Assembly: GCA_963828165.1 (NCBI GenBank)
Contig: CAWHDR010000005.1
Location: 128,001-192,000, forward strand
Direction: 5' to 3'
Source: an uncultured Chloroflexia bacterium
Lineage (GTDB): Bacteria > Chloroflexota > Limnocylindria > Limnocylindrales > CSP1-4
Length of the DNA stretch: 64,000 nt
In this document: piece after piece, positions 1 through 8,430 of the stretch
Layout: each line of letters opens with the position of its first letter
Numbering within the stretch: position 1 is the stretch's first letter
Position numbers and translations under genes: made by a program
The notes under the pieces: model-generated
Database searches by the model: none
Told to the model about the DNA's origin: nothing
The model's input: only the letters and a program-made list of their open reading frames with translations

Positions 1-28
1 AACTAGAAGCCCGATCCTCGCTCGCCAT
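1..28 (-). CDS. 5' end of a gene coupled to efp, truncated by the window edge (MASEDRASS...)
   Basis: ATG at 28-26 overlaps the efp stop (TGATG) and the frame is open to the edge. Too short to identify. Confidence 0.35.
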
Positions 29-585
29 CAGAGCCGCGTCTGGTACTCCCCGGTCCGCGTGTCGACGCGGATGGTGTCCCCGGGCTCGACGAAGATCGGG
101 ACCTGGACGACGAGGCCGGTCTCGGTCGTGGCGGGCTTCCGAGCCCCGGACTGGGTGTCACCGGCGAAGCCCGGTTCCGTCTCGACCACCGCGAGATCAA
201 CCGTCACCGGCACCTCGACCCCGATCGTCTCGCCCTGGTAGCTCGTGCGATCAAGCGTCATGCCGTCCTTGAGGTACTGCGCCGTCTCGCCCAGCTGATC
301 GGCGGTGAGGATGAACTGGTCGTACGTGTCGTTGTCCATGAAGTGGTAGTCGCGGTCGTCGCGGTAGAGGAACTGGACCGGCCGCTTCTCCATCGACGCA
401 CGTGGCCACTTCGTCCCGGCCTGGAACGATCGCTCCACGGTCTGGCCGCGCTTGATGTTGCGCAGGGTGATGCGGACTTGCGCCGACCCTCGGCCCATCT
501 TGATGTGGTGGTAGTCGAGGATCTGCCAGAGCTCGCCGTCGAGCTCGATGGCGACGCCCTTCTTGAGTTCGCCGGTACTGATCAT
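28..585 (-). CDS. efp: Elongation factor P
   Basis: 185 aa with KOW/OB layout, KPATTETGLVVQVPIFV...IRVDTRTGEY C-terminal signature, tip loop KMGRG, AGGAG SD upstream. Confidence 0.97.
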   Translation of the reverse strand: MISTGELKKGVAIELDGELWQILDYHHIKMGRGSAQVRITLRNIKRGQTVERSFQAGTKWPRASMEKRPVQFLYRDDRDYHFMDNDTYDQFILTADQLGETAQYLKDGMTLDRTSYQGETIGVEVPVTVDLAVVETEPGFAGDTQSGARKPATTETGLVVQVPIFVEPGDTIRVDTRTGEYQTRL

Positions 586-653
586 GTGGTGGTGGGCTCC
601 TGGGGTCAGACCGCCGGGGCACGCGGCGACGGGGCCGGGGGTGGTCGGGGTCG

Positions 654-672
654 AGCCGACATTCTAGCCGAC
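654..672 (-). promoter_or_regulatory. Probable efp -10 box (TAGAAT) flanked by GTCGGCT direct repeats
   Basis: The minus strand reads GTCGGC-TAGAAT-GTCGGCT about 75 nt upstream of the efp ATG. Confidence 0.5.
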
Positions 673-753
673 GGCCGCGGCCCGCTCGGGCAGCGCCATC
701 AGCCGCCCCCGGCGTCGGCCCACATGACCGTCACACTCTCCCGGCCATCGACC

Positions 754-984
754 TCACCCGCGATCCCGGATCAGGGAGCGCAGCCGGACCTCGTACTCGG
801 CCGTGTCGATCTCCCCGCGCGCCAGCCGGCCCTTGAGCTCCGACACTGCGGGATCCTCGCGGGGCGCACTGTTTCGACGGATCGCCCAGACGATGAGCCC
901 GACCACGAGACCCGTGATGACCAGCGGGATCAGCAGGGTCGCCGCCATGAGCGGCATGAACCAGTCGAAGATCCCGACGTCCAC
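754..984 (-). CDS. Small membrane protein with C-terminal SHOCT domain
   Basis: GTG start after GAGGGG; one hydrophobic segment then AVSELKGRLARGEIDTAEYE, a typical SHOCT motif. Confidence 0.8.
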   Translation of the reverse strand: MDVGIFDWFMPLMAATLLIPLVITGLVVGLIVWAIRRNSAPREDPAVSELKGRLARGEIDTAEYEVRLRSLIRDRG

Positions 985-1060
985 GGCCTTCACCCCTCGT
1001 TTCGCGACGCAAGCGCAGCCGGCATCATCGCACGCTGGAGTCGCCATCCACGACATCCCC

Positions 1061-1069
1061 TGCTAGCAT
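1061..1069 (+). promoter_or_regulatory. Extended -10 promoter (TGcTAGCAT)
   Basis: TGn-TAnnnT about 160 nt upstream of the ATG at 1229. Confidence 0.55.
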
Positions 1070-1075
1070 CCGACT

Positions 1076-1222
1076 CGGCGTTCCTCACGCCACACCTCCG
1101 ACCCGGCGCCCACGCCGCCGGCCCGTGGAGGCAAAGGGGCTCCGCCTCGGGGTCGTCGGACCGTGTGCCACGATCGATGGCTCGGGAGCGTGGGTCCTGG
1201 GGTCGTTGGTCGGAACGAGGAG
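1076..1222 (+). ncRNA. Candidate structured 5' leader RNA
   Basis: Pairings GGCGT(1077-81)/ACGCC(1087-91), CCCACGC(1109-15)/GCGTGGG(1188-94), TCCGACC(1097-1103)/GGTCGGA(1208-14) and GAGGC/GCCTC. No known family recognised. Confidence 0.45.
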
Positions 1223-1228
1223 CACACG

Positions 1229-1963
1229 ATGACGACCGACAAGGCGCGCAAGCGCGCCGTTCGCACCCGGATGACCAAGACCGGCGAGCGCTATGCCGCT
1301 GCCCGGCGACACGTCGTCGCGGACGAGGGGCCAGCCACCCCGCCACCCCTCCCGACGCTTCCGCCGCGCGTGGCCGATCCAGGCATGACCGAGGCCGCCA
1401 TCGCGACCGGCACCGGAGCGGGCTGGGACCACTGGTTCGGTCTGCTCGACGGCTGGGGCGGTGCCGAACGCTCGCACACGGACATCGCGCGGTTCATCCG
1501 CGAGGAGCAGGGCGTGAGCGGCTGGTGGGCGCAGGCGGTGACCGTCGGCTACGAACGGGCTCGCGGGCTGCGCGCGATGCATCAGACCAAGCGCGGCTTC
1601 GAGGTGAGCGTCTCCAAGACCGTGGCCGCGCCACCGGCGGACGTCTGGGCCGCGTTCCTGGAGCCCCGAGGCCGCCGCCGCTGGATCGAAGCGGGCACGC
1701 TCGGCAGGCGGCGGACGACCTTTGCCATCGGCCGCTCGACGTCGTTCGCCGGCCCCGACGGAACGCGGGTCGCCGTGGCGATCGACCCTCGCGGGGATGA
1801 CCGCGCGACCGTGACGGTCACGCACGAAGGGCTCGCGGATGCCGGGGATGTCGCGAGACGACGCGCCGCCTGGCGAGACTCGTTGGGCCGGCTCGCGGCG
1901 CTCTACGGAGACCGCTCGGCCCCGAAACAGCCGGCCAGTCGCACGAAACGGTCGGCGCCGTAG
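1229..1963 (+). CDS. Protein with basic N-terminal motif, DUF4287-like domain and SRPBCC-like C-terminal domain
   Basis: GAGGAG SD; MTTDKARKRAVRTRMTKTGERYAAARR, then ATG..WDHWF.LLD..G...H..IA......GVSGWWAQAVTVGYER, then VSKTVAAPPADVWAAF...VTVTHEGL. Confidence 0.8.
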   Translation: MTTDKARKRAVRTRMTKTGERYAAARRHVVADEGPATPPPLPTLPPRVADPGMTEAAIATGTGAGWDHWFGLLDGWGGAERSHTDIARFIREEQGVSGWWAQAVTVGYERARGLRAMHQTKRGFEVSVSKTVAAPPADVWAAFLEPRGRRRWIEAGTLGRRRTTFAIGRSTSFAGPDGTRVAVAIDPRGDDRATVTVTHEGLADAGDVARRRAAWRDSLGRLAALYGDRSAPKQPASRTKRSAP

Positions 1964-1984
1964 CGGACTGCGTGGTCGGGGCCG

Positions 1985-3217
1985 TCAGCCGGCTCCGACC
2001 ACCGTGACCTCGCTCGGGAACCGGGTCAGCCGCTCGACGCGGCCGGCCGGAGCATCGATGGCGATGAGGTCCTCGATGCGGACGCCCATCTGGCCATCGA
2101 GATAGACCCCGGGCTCGACGGAGAAGACCGTCGGGCTCGGGAGGGGTGTCTCCGCGGCGGCCTTCCCGAGTGACGGGGCTTCGTGGGTGGCGAGACCGAT
2201 GCCGTGCCCGGTGCTGTGGCCGAAGTGGTCGCCGTGTCCGCCTTTGTCGATGACCGCACGGGCGATCGCGTCCACGGCCCGGCCGCTGGGTATCTCCCCT
2301 CCTCCGCGCACGGCCTCATCGACCGCGCTGATCGCCGCCGCCTGGGCGCTGGCGACGAGCTCGTAGATCTCCAGATCCCGCGCCACCGGATCGCCCACGA
2401 ACAACGTGCGCGTCATGTCACTCCGGTACCCCTCGACCTGCGCCCCGAAGTCGAAGAGGAGCACCGAACGGTCCAGGACCGGTCGGTCGCCGGGGGCACC
2501 GTGGGGCAGGGCCGCTTCCGCACCTGACAGGCAGGCGACGTCGAACGCGAGCGCCTCCGCCCCACCGGTACGCATGTGCCATTCCAGCCGGAGCGCGAGC
2601 TCCGCCTCGGTCACGCCCGCACGGATCTCCGGCAGGAGCGCCGCGAGGGCCCGGTCGGCGACCGCACACGCCGCCGCGACGCGTTCCAGCTCGGCGGGCT
2701 CCTTGACCGCTCGATCGGCCTCGATCCAGCCCTCGACCGGGACGAGCTCGATGTCCGGCGCCGCGGCGGCCAGGCGCTCCCACGCCGCATGCGACACGAA
2801 CCCGGCCTCGACGCCGACCCGGCGAGCGCCGACGGACCGCACGATCTCGAGCCAGCGTTCGGGCAGGTTGCCGTAGGCCTCGAACAGGCGCGTGTCCGGG
2901 GCCTCGCGCCGGGCCTGGATCGTGTAGCGCGAATCGGCGAGGATCACGACCTCCTCACCCGAGACGAGGAACTGCCCGGAGTTCCCGGCGGACTTCTCCT
3001 CGCCCTCCGCGAGCGTGAACCCCGTCAGGTAGCGCATGTGCTCGCGCCGGACCCCGAAGTAGGCGTCGATGCCGGCGTCGGCGAACCTCGCGCGGAGGCG
3101 GCCGAGTCGAGCCGGGCGCGCCACACGATCGGACTCGGACCAGGCCTCCCGCTGCGCCGTGCCGGGTGGCGCGGCGAAATCCTCGGGGCGGGGCGACGCG
3201 CCCCGCGTCGCCCTCAT
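1985..3217 (-). CDS. Xaa-Pro aminopeptidase (M24B, creatinase N-domain)
   Basis: DFGAQVEGYRSDMTRT, HSTGHGIGLATHEAP and SVEPGVY...GVRIED motifs. The ATG at 3217 overlaps the mltG stop; the ORF-track extension to 3880 is spurious. Confidence 0.93.
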   Translation of the reverse strand: MRATRGASPRPEDFAAPPGTAQREAWSESDRVARPARLGRLRARFADAGIDAYFGVRREHMRYLTGFTLAEGEEKSAGNSGQFLVSGEEVVILADSRYTIQARREAPDTRLFEAYGNLPERWLEIVRSVGARRVGVEAGFVSHAAWERLAAAAPDIELVPVEGWIEADRAVKEPAELERVAAACAVADRALAALLPEIRAGVTEAELALRLEWHMRTGGAEALAFDVACLSGAEAALPHGAPGDRPVLDRSVLLFDFGAQVEGYRSDMTRTLFVGDPVARDLEIYELVASAQAAAISAVDEAVRGGGEIPSGRAVDAIARAVIDKGGHGDHFGHSTGHGIGLATHEAPSLGKAAAETPLPSPTVFSVEPGVYLDGQMGVRIEDLIAIDAPAGRVERLTRFPSEVTVVGAG

Positions 3218-4617
3218 CAGGTGTAGCCGTGTTCGCGCCGGTTCGCGTTGTGCTCGTCGAGATTCTTGGCGAAGACGTGCTTCCCGCTCTCGTCCGGGAT
3301 CGCGAGGAAATAGATGTACTTGTCGGCGGTGTCGGGATGCAGCGCCGCGTCGATCGATGCGAGGGTCGGCGTGTCGATCGGCGCGGGGATGAGGCCGGGC
3401 TGCGTATACGTCTGGAAGCCGAGCAGTTCGTCCGGGAGCACGATGTCCTTCATCCCGATGTCCTTGGGCACGGTCCAGAACCGGTAGTCCTTCCAGGTCT
3501 CGAACTCGAGATCCGAGAGGTTCATCGTGTCGACGGCATAGATGACCGTCGGGTCGGCATTGAAGATCTTGTTCCTGATCCCCGGGATGCCATCCAACCG
3601 GTTCTGGTACACCCCGGCGATCAGCGGCTTTTCCTCGTCGAGCTTGGCTTCGCGTTCGACGATCGAGGCGAGCGTCAGGACCTCGTAGAACGACAAGCCG
3701 CGCTCTTGCGGGACCGTCAGCTTGGCCTCCGTGACGGCGCCGATGAAGCCGTCGAGCATCCGGCGGATCAGCTCTTCGGGGGTGGTGTCGGGCAGCACGC
3801 GATAGGTCCCGGGCCAGAGGAACCCTTCCAGCGACGGTGTCGTGCCCTCCGGGACGTCCTCCAGGACCTTCTCCAGCCACGGGTAGTCCGCGAGCAAGGC
3901 GGCGGGCGGTTCCTTCGCCAGCTCGTAGAACTCGCGCGGGTCCATCTCCAGGGCCGGCACCGTCTGGAGCAACGCCGTGATCTGCTCAAGACGCAAGCCG
4001 GTTCGCAGCGCGATCTCCACGTAGGGCACCTCGGGCGGCGCGAGGAGCGCTACGACGAGCTGCTCCGGAGTCATGTTGCGACGAAGCACGAATGTTCCCT
4101 GCTGGAGATCGCCGGTCAGCTCACGGTCGCTGGCGATGAACACGAAGGCGCGTGGGTCCTTGATCAGGCCACCGGTGCCCAGACGCATGGCGATGGTGGT
4201 GGCCGTATCACCCTCCTCGACGAGGAACTCGACCTGCTCCGGGTCGTCGGACACGGGCTCCGTGAGCGATTCGCCGAGATCCTCGCGCACCAGATCGGCG
4301 ACGAACGGCAGGTTGAGCGCAGCCGGGCTGTCCGCGGCCCACGTGAGGATCGCGTTGTTGACCAGGGGTCGCAGCGCCGTCAGGCCGATGAGCAGCACGA
4401 GGCCGGCGAGGACCAGGGTGAACACGAGGAACTTGACGACGCCGCCCAGGCCGCTTCCGCCGCGGCCACCGCGCCGACCACCGCCGTTCCCATTGCCGGC
4501 TCTGCGTGACGGCTCGTAGGCCTCGGGCACGTAGTCGGTGGCATACGCGTCGGGGTCGAACCTTCGGCCGTGGGGCTGGCGCCGGTCGCGCGGGCGTCCG
4601 CCGGAGCGGATCGTCAT
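3217..4617 (-). CDS. mltG: Endolytic peptidoglycan transglycosylase (YceG family)
   Basis: N-terminal TM; LEGFLWPGTY, LTLASIVERE (catalytic Glu), IAGVYQNRL, ADPTVIY, YIYF...H.F..N..EH. Confidence 0.95.
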   Translation of the reverse strand: MTIRSGGRPRDRRQPHGRRFDPDAYATDYVPEAYEPSRRAGNGNGGGRRGGRGGSGLGGVVKFLVFTLVLAGLVLLIGLTALRPLVNNAILTWAADSPAALNLPFVADLVREDLGESLTEPVSDDPEQVEFLVEEGDTATTIAMRLGTGGLIKDPRAFVFIASDRELTGDLQQGTFVLRRNMTPEQLVVALLAPPEVPYVEIALRTGLRLEQITALLQTVPALEMDPREFYELAKEPPAALLADYPWLEKVLEDVPEGTTPSLEGFLWPGTYRVLPDTTPEELIRRMLDGFIGAVTEAKLTVPQERGLSFYEVLTLASIVEREAKLDEEKPLIAGVYQNRLDGIPGIRNKIFNADPTVIYAVDTMNLSDLEFETWKDYRFWTVPKDIGMKDIVLPDELLGFQTYTQPGLIPAPIDTPTLASIDAALHPDTADKYIYFLAIPDESGKHVFAKNLDEHNANRREHGYT

Positions 4618-5114
4618 GTGGTGGTCTCCGGTGTGCTGGGTCGGGGACCGGGCGCGGACCCGGCATGTCGCATGTCGAGGGCATCTTGCAGGATGACGGC
4701 GGCCGCTTCGCGGTCGACGCGCGCCCGGTACTCATCGCGCTGGTGACGCGACGGTGGACCGCCCGAGCGACCGCGTTTCATCGGTCCAAGGCGCGTCTCG
4801 GCGACGTGGCTGCTCAGCCGCTCATCGTGCAAGGTGATGATGACATGGTCGCCCAAACGGGCCCGCATGTCCTCCACCCATGCTCTGGTCAGCGCGGCCT
4901 GGGGACCCTCGTGCCCGGCCGCATCGATCGGGAGCCCCACCACCAGCTCGGTGATCTCGTGGGCATCGATGAGCGCGAGAAGCGCATCCGAATCCATGTC
5001 GGCGTGGCGGCCGCGGCGAAGCGTCGTCAGCGGACGCGCCCCGACGTCGGGGCCGTCGGCGATCGCGACGCCGATGCGTCGCTCCCCGAGGTCGAGGCCG
5101 AGCGCTCGGGTCAC
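4614..5114 (-). CDS. ruvX: YqgF/RuvX pre-16S rRNA-processing nuclease
   Basis: LGLDLGERRIGVA, VVGLP, DERLSS, VD..AAAVILQ; GTGA overlap with the upstream gene. Confidence 0.95.
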   Translation of the reverse strand: MTRALGLDLGERRIGVAIADGPDVGARPLTTLRRGRHADMDSDALLALIDAHEITELVVGLPIDAAGHEGPQAALTRAWVEDMRARLGDHVIITLHDERLSSHVAETRLGPMKRGRSGGPPSRHQRDEYRARVDREAAAVILQDALDMRHAGSAPGPRPSTPETTT

Positions 5115-7105
5115 GGCGACGCCTCGGGTTCGCCGCTCGGTGTCTGGTCCTGGGCGGGGTCGGAAGTCGTGATCTCGACCCGTGACTCGATCGTCGGGAC
5201 GGTGCCGACCCAATCGGGCCAGACCGTGAGCTGGGCATCGCCGTACCGAGCCAGGATCTCGCGCGCCTGGGCGAGCGGCTTGCCCATGATCTCGGCCTCG
5301 ATCGCATCCGAATCGAGCACGAGGACCTGGCGCGCCGTGACCACGACCGGGAAGGTGATGACGCCGCCGGAGATCTCGGCGGGTGCGGGGACCACTTGCC
5401 CCGAGCCAGGGATCAGCTCGTAGCCCGGATCGACGCTCGACGCGATCCGGGCCTCGGCCACGGTCTGGACGGGCGTCGTGTCCACCGCCACGACCGTCCC
5501 GGAGGCGGTCGCCGACAACTCGAAGGATTCGACCTCCTGTCCCACGAGCGTGGCCGGGTCGACGCCGTAGACCGGGGCGCCGAGGGTCTTGGTCTCAGGG
5601 AATACTGTCGTCGCGTCGCCAGGGAGGGCCGGGTCGTCCAGGCGCTCGTCGAACGCCGCGCTGAGCTGGTCGGTCAGGGCCGCGGTCGCCTCGTCGACGT
5701 CCTCCTGCTGGACCCGCGGGAACTCGGTCCGCTTGCCACCGGTCGTCGCCTCAGGATTGGTCACCTTGAGGAAGAATGGCTCTTCGTCGCGCGGGACCGT
5801 CGTGATCGCGCGCGGTTCGACGTTCCCTTCCGGGCCCGCATCCACCGCCGTGACCGTGACGGAAGCGCGGCTGGGGACGATCGTGAGCCCGACGAGCTCG
5901 GCAGGTGGGACACGCACCGCGCGGTCGGTGCGAAACCGGATCCCCGACCCCGTACTGACGACGCTGCCCCGCGGCACGGTGTTCGAGCTGGTCGGGTCGA
6001 GGTTGTCGAACCGGACGCTGCCCGTCGCCTTGGCCTCCTCGATCCGCTTGCCGGTGGCGGGAAACGTGTCGCTGGCTTCGACATCGATCGTGACCAGCTG
6101 GGCCGGCACGACCGGCGGCGTGGCGCCCGCATCCGGCGCCGTGGCGGTGACGCTCGCGACGATCCGCAGCGACTCGGGGCCGATGGTGCCTTCGCGGGGC
6201 GCGATGACGGCGGTCGCCGTCGGGAGGTACAGGAAGGCGGCCGCGCCACCAACGACGAGGGCGAGCGCGACCACGGCCAGCCCGATGACGAGCGGCGTAC
6301 GACCGATGGACGGGCGGAATGCCCGGCCGACCGCCTCCGGCCGGATCGCCCCGGGACGGTCCCCTTCGATGGCCGGCGTGTCCGCGACGACCCGCGCCGC
6401 CGGGATCGCGGCGGGCCCCCGACCGGCCCGTTTCGGTTCTCCCCTCGGCGGTGCGGACGACCGCGGTCCTCGGTCGGTCGCTGGGGTGGTACCCGCGTCC
6501 ATGCCTGGGGTCGCCATCCCAGCACCCGCGGCCGCGCCGCCAGCCATCGCCGCACCGGCAGACGCCGCAGACGCTGCGGCCAATGCCCCTGCGGCCGCAG
6601 CGGCGCCGGCGGAGGACCGGTCCTTGTCCGGCGTGGCGTCGGGCCGATCCTTGTCCGGCGCGCGCGCTTTCGACCTGGGCGTCGCGACTGTCTCGCTGAC
6701 CAGGGTCCCGTCCGTGAAGTCCTCATCGCCGATGGCGGCGTCGTCATCCGGCCCGTCAGCACCCGACGCCACGCCGGAAGCGACCGCCCCGGCCAAGAGC
6801 CCGGCCTCCCCCTCGGTCCCGGAGCGGTCCTCGTCCAATGAGGACTCGTACTCGCCGACGGTCGCAAAGATCGGCAGGCCCGCCGACGCGGCCAGTGCCC
6901 GCGTGGCGCCGTCTCCCGCCACGATCGAGAGCCGCTTGCCGTTGGTCAGCGCATCGCGCGCCAGGAGACGGAAGTTGATGCGCGAGGTGGCCACCCGCGA
7001 GCCGTACGGCAGCACGACCGCCACCCGGCTCCCCTCCGACGATCGGATGCGAGCCGCCGCCGAGGTGATCTCGTCATCGATGTCGAGGTAGATGACACCG
7101 GCCAT
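5111..7105 (-). CDS. Single-pass membrane protein with Baseplate_J/gp47-like extracytoplasmic domain
   Basis: About 90-aa N-terminal alpha/beta domain (IYLDIDDEITS...SRINFRLLAR), Ala/Pro-rich linker, TM (LVIGLAVVALALVVGGAAAFLYL), then ATGSVRF.N...VPRGSVV...VTVTAVDAGPEGNV...VTNPEATTGG. Confidence 0.8.
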   Translation of the reverse strand: MAGVIYLDIDDEITSAAARIRSSEGSRVAVVLPYGSRVATSRINFRLLARDALTNGKRLSIVAGDGATRALAASAGLPIFATVGEYESSLDEDRSGTEGEAGLLAGAVASGVASGADGPDDDAAIGDEDFTDGTLVSETVATPRSKARAPDKDRPDATPDKDRSSAGAAAAAGALAAASAASAGAAMAGGAAAGAGMATPGMDAGTTPATDRGPRSSAPPRGEPKRAGRGPAAIPAARVVADTPAIEGDRPGAIRPEAVGRAFRPSIGRTPLVIGLAVVALALVVGGAAAFLYLPTATAVIAPREGTIGPESLRIVASVTATAPDAGATPPVVPAQLVTIDVEASDTFPATGKRIEEAKATGSVRFDNLDPTSSNTVPRGSVVSTGSGIRFRTDRAVRVPPAELVGLTIVPSRASVTVTAVDAGPEGNVEPRAITTVPRDEEPFFLKVTNPEATTGGKRTEFPRVQQEDVDEATAALTDQLSAAFDERLDDPALPGDATTVFPETKTLGAPVYGVDPATLVGQEVESFELSATASGTVVAVDTTPVQTVAEARIASSVDPGYELIPGSGQVVPAPAEISGGVITFPVVVTARQVLVLDSDAIEAEIMGKPLAQAREILARYGDAQLTVWPDWVGTVPTIESRVEITTSDPAQDQTPSGEPEASP

Positions 7106-7106
7106 C

Positions 7107-8369
7107 TCAGACCTTCATCGCGCGCAGGACGCGCCGCAGGGCGACGTCGAGGGCATCTTCCGACGTCTGCAGCTCGATCGCCTGGTACGCCAGCCCAAGC
7201 GGCGTGACGTCCTGCTGGTCCACGAGCAACGCCGTCGCATCGATCACGGTCTCGATCAGGTTCGGCGCCATGACGATGACCTCGGGCGGCCGGGCGAAGG
7301 GCATCGGCTTCCAGAATGCCTCGGCTGCCAACGCCGCCTGCACCTCCGGGAGCCGCGAGCCACCACCGCACAGGTAGATGCGCGACGGCAGCAGGTCGCC
7401 CCCGGACAGCTCCTCCATCACGAGCTCGACGCCGGCCGCCCAGACCCGTACGTCGTCGCCGATGATCCCGGCCACCTCGTCGCGCGACTCGACCGGCAGC
7501 CCGCGCGCGTAATCGACCTTGAGCGCCTCGGCTCGGGGAAACGGCAGGTCGAGCCGGTCGGCGAGCGACTTCGTGAACGCCCGACCGCCGAGCGCGAACA
7601 TCCGCGTCCCCTCGATGCCACCCTGGCGCACGAGGGCCACGTCGGTCGTCCCGCCACCGACATCGACGAACAGCGCTCCGCCCTGGCGGACCTGCTCGAG
7701 GCCGAGAACGCGTGCCACCGCATAGGGCTCGGCGACGATCTCGAGCAGCTCCAGGTCCAGCTGCGAGGCCACGCTCTGCAACGCCCCGAGGTGCACGAGT
7801 GGCGCGAACGCGTTGAAGATCCCGATCTTCACGTGGCGGCCCTGGAATCCCACGGGGTTCGTGAGCGCGTAGCCGTCGATGGCGGCGCCAGTCACGGCCG
7901 CGTGGACCAGCCTGACGTCGACGTGCGGCAGCCCTGTCTCCCACGTGATCGCCCGTTCGGCCTCGCGGAGGGCCTCGCGCTGCACGGAGTCGATGAGCTT
8001 CTGGAGCTCGTTCTCGGTGATCGGCTGGTCCGGCTTCTTGCGTTCCTGGCTGTGGGTCGTGGTGAAGCCCTTCACCAGCTCCCCGGCGATGCCGATCACC
8101 ACCTGGCTCGGCCGAAAGCCCGCCATCTCCTCGGCTTCCTGCAGCGCGATCGAGCAGTTGTCGACCACGGCCGCGATATCCGCGACCGTTCCAGACTGCA
8201 TGTGCGCGAGGCCCTGCCGCTTGCGGCCCACGCCGCGGACCGTGCCCAGGCCCGAATCGTCGATCTCGAAGACGAGGGCCTTCGCGAACTCGGTGCCGAT
8301 GTCGAGCGCGGTGCAGACGGCGAGGCTGTCGCCCTCATCCCGTTGCCAGATCTTGCGCCAGAAGGCCAC
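7107..8369 (-). CDS. FtsA-like actin-fold ATPase
   Basis: ALDIGTEFAK (phosphate 1), AEPYA, VDVGGGTTD (phosphate 2), GGRAFT, AEALK, YLCGGGSRL. The GTG start at 8369 is inferred. Confidence 0.88.
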   Translation of the reverse strand: MAFWRKIWQRDEGDSLAVCTALDIGTEFAKALVFEIDDSGLGTVRGVGRKRQGLAHMQSGTVADIAAVVDNCSIALQEAEEMAGFRPSQVVIGIAGELVKGFTTTHSQERKKPDQPITENELQKLIDSVQREALREAERAITWETGLPHVDVRLVHAAVTGAAIDGYALTNPVGFQGRHVKIGIFNAFAPLVHLGALQSVASQLDLELLEIVAEPYAVARVLGLEQVRQGGALFVDVGGGTTDVALVRQGGIEGTRMFALGGRAFTKSLADRLDLPFPRAEALKVDYARGLPVESRDEVAGIIGDDVRVWAAGVELVMEELSGGDLLPSRIYLCGGGSRLPEVQAALAAEAFWKPMPFARPPEVIVMAPNLIETVIDATALLVDQQDVTPLGLAYQAIELQTSEDALDVALRRVLRAMKV

Positions 8370-8430
8370 GTTCAGGCGTTCCAGCCGGGCACGAGGGAAA
8401 GCCCCGCGAGCCGCGCGAGCGACGGCATCG

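Noticed and set aside
5111-7105. Prophage or contractile injection system suggested by the Baseplate_J-like domain
   Set aside because: No sheath, tube, capsid, terminase or spike genes; the protein has a TM anchor and is coupled to core genes.
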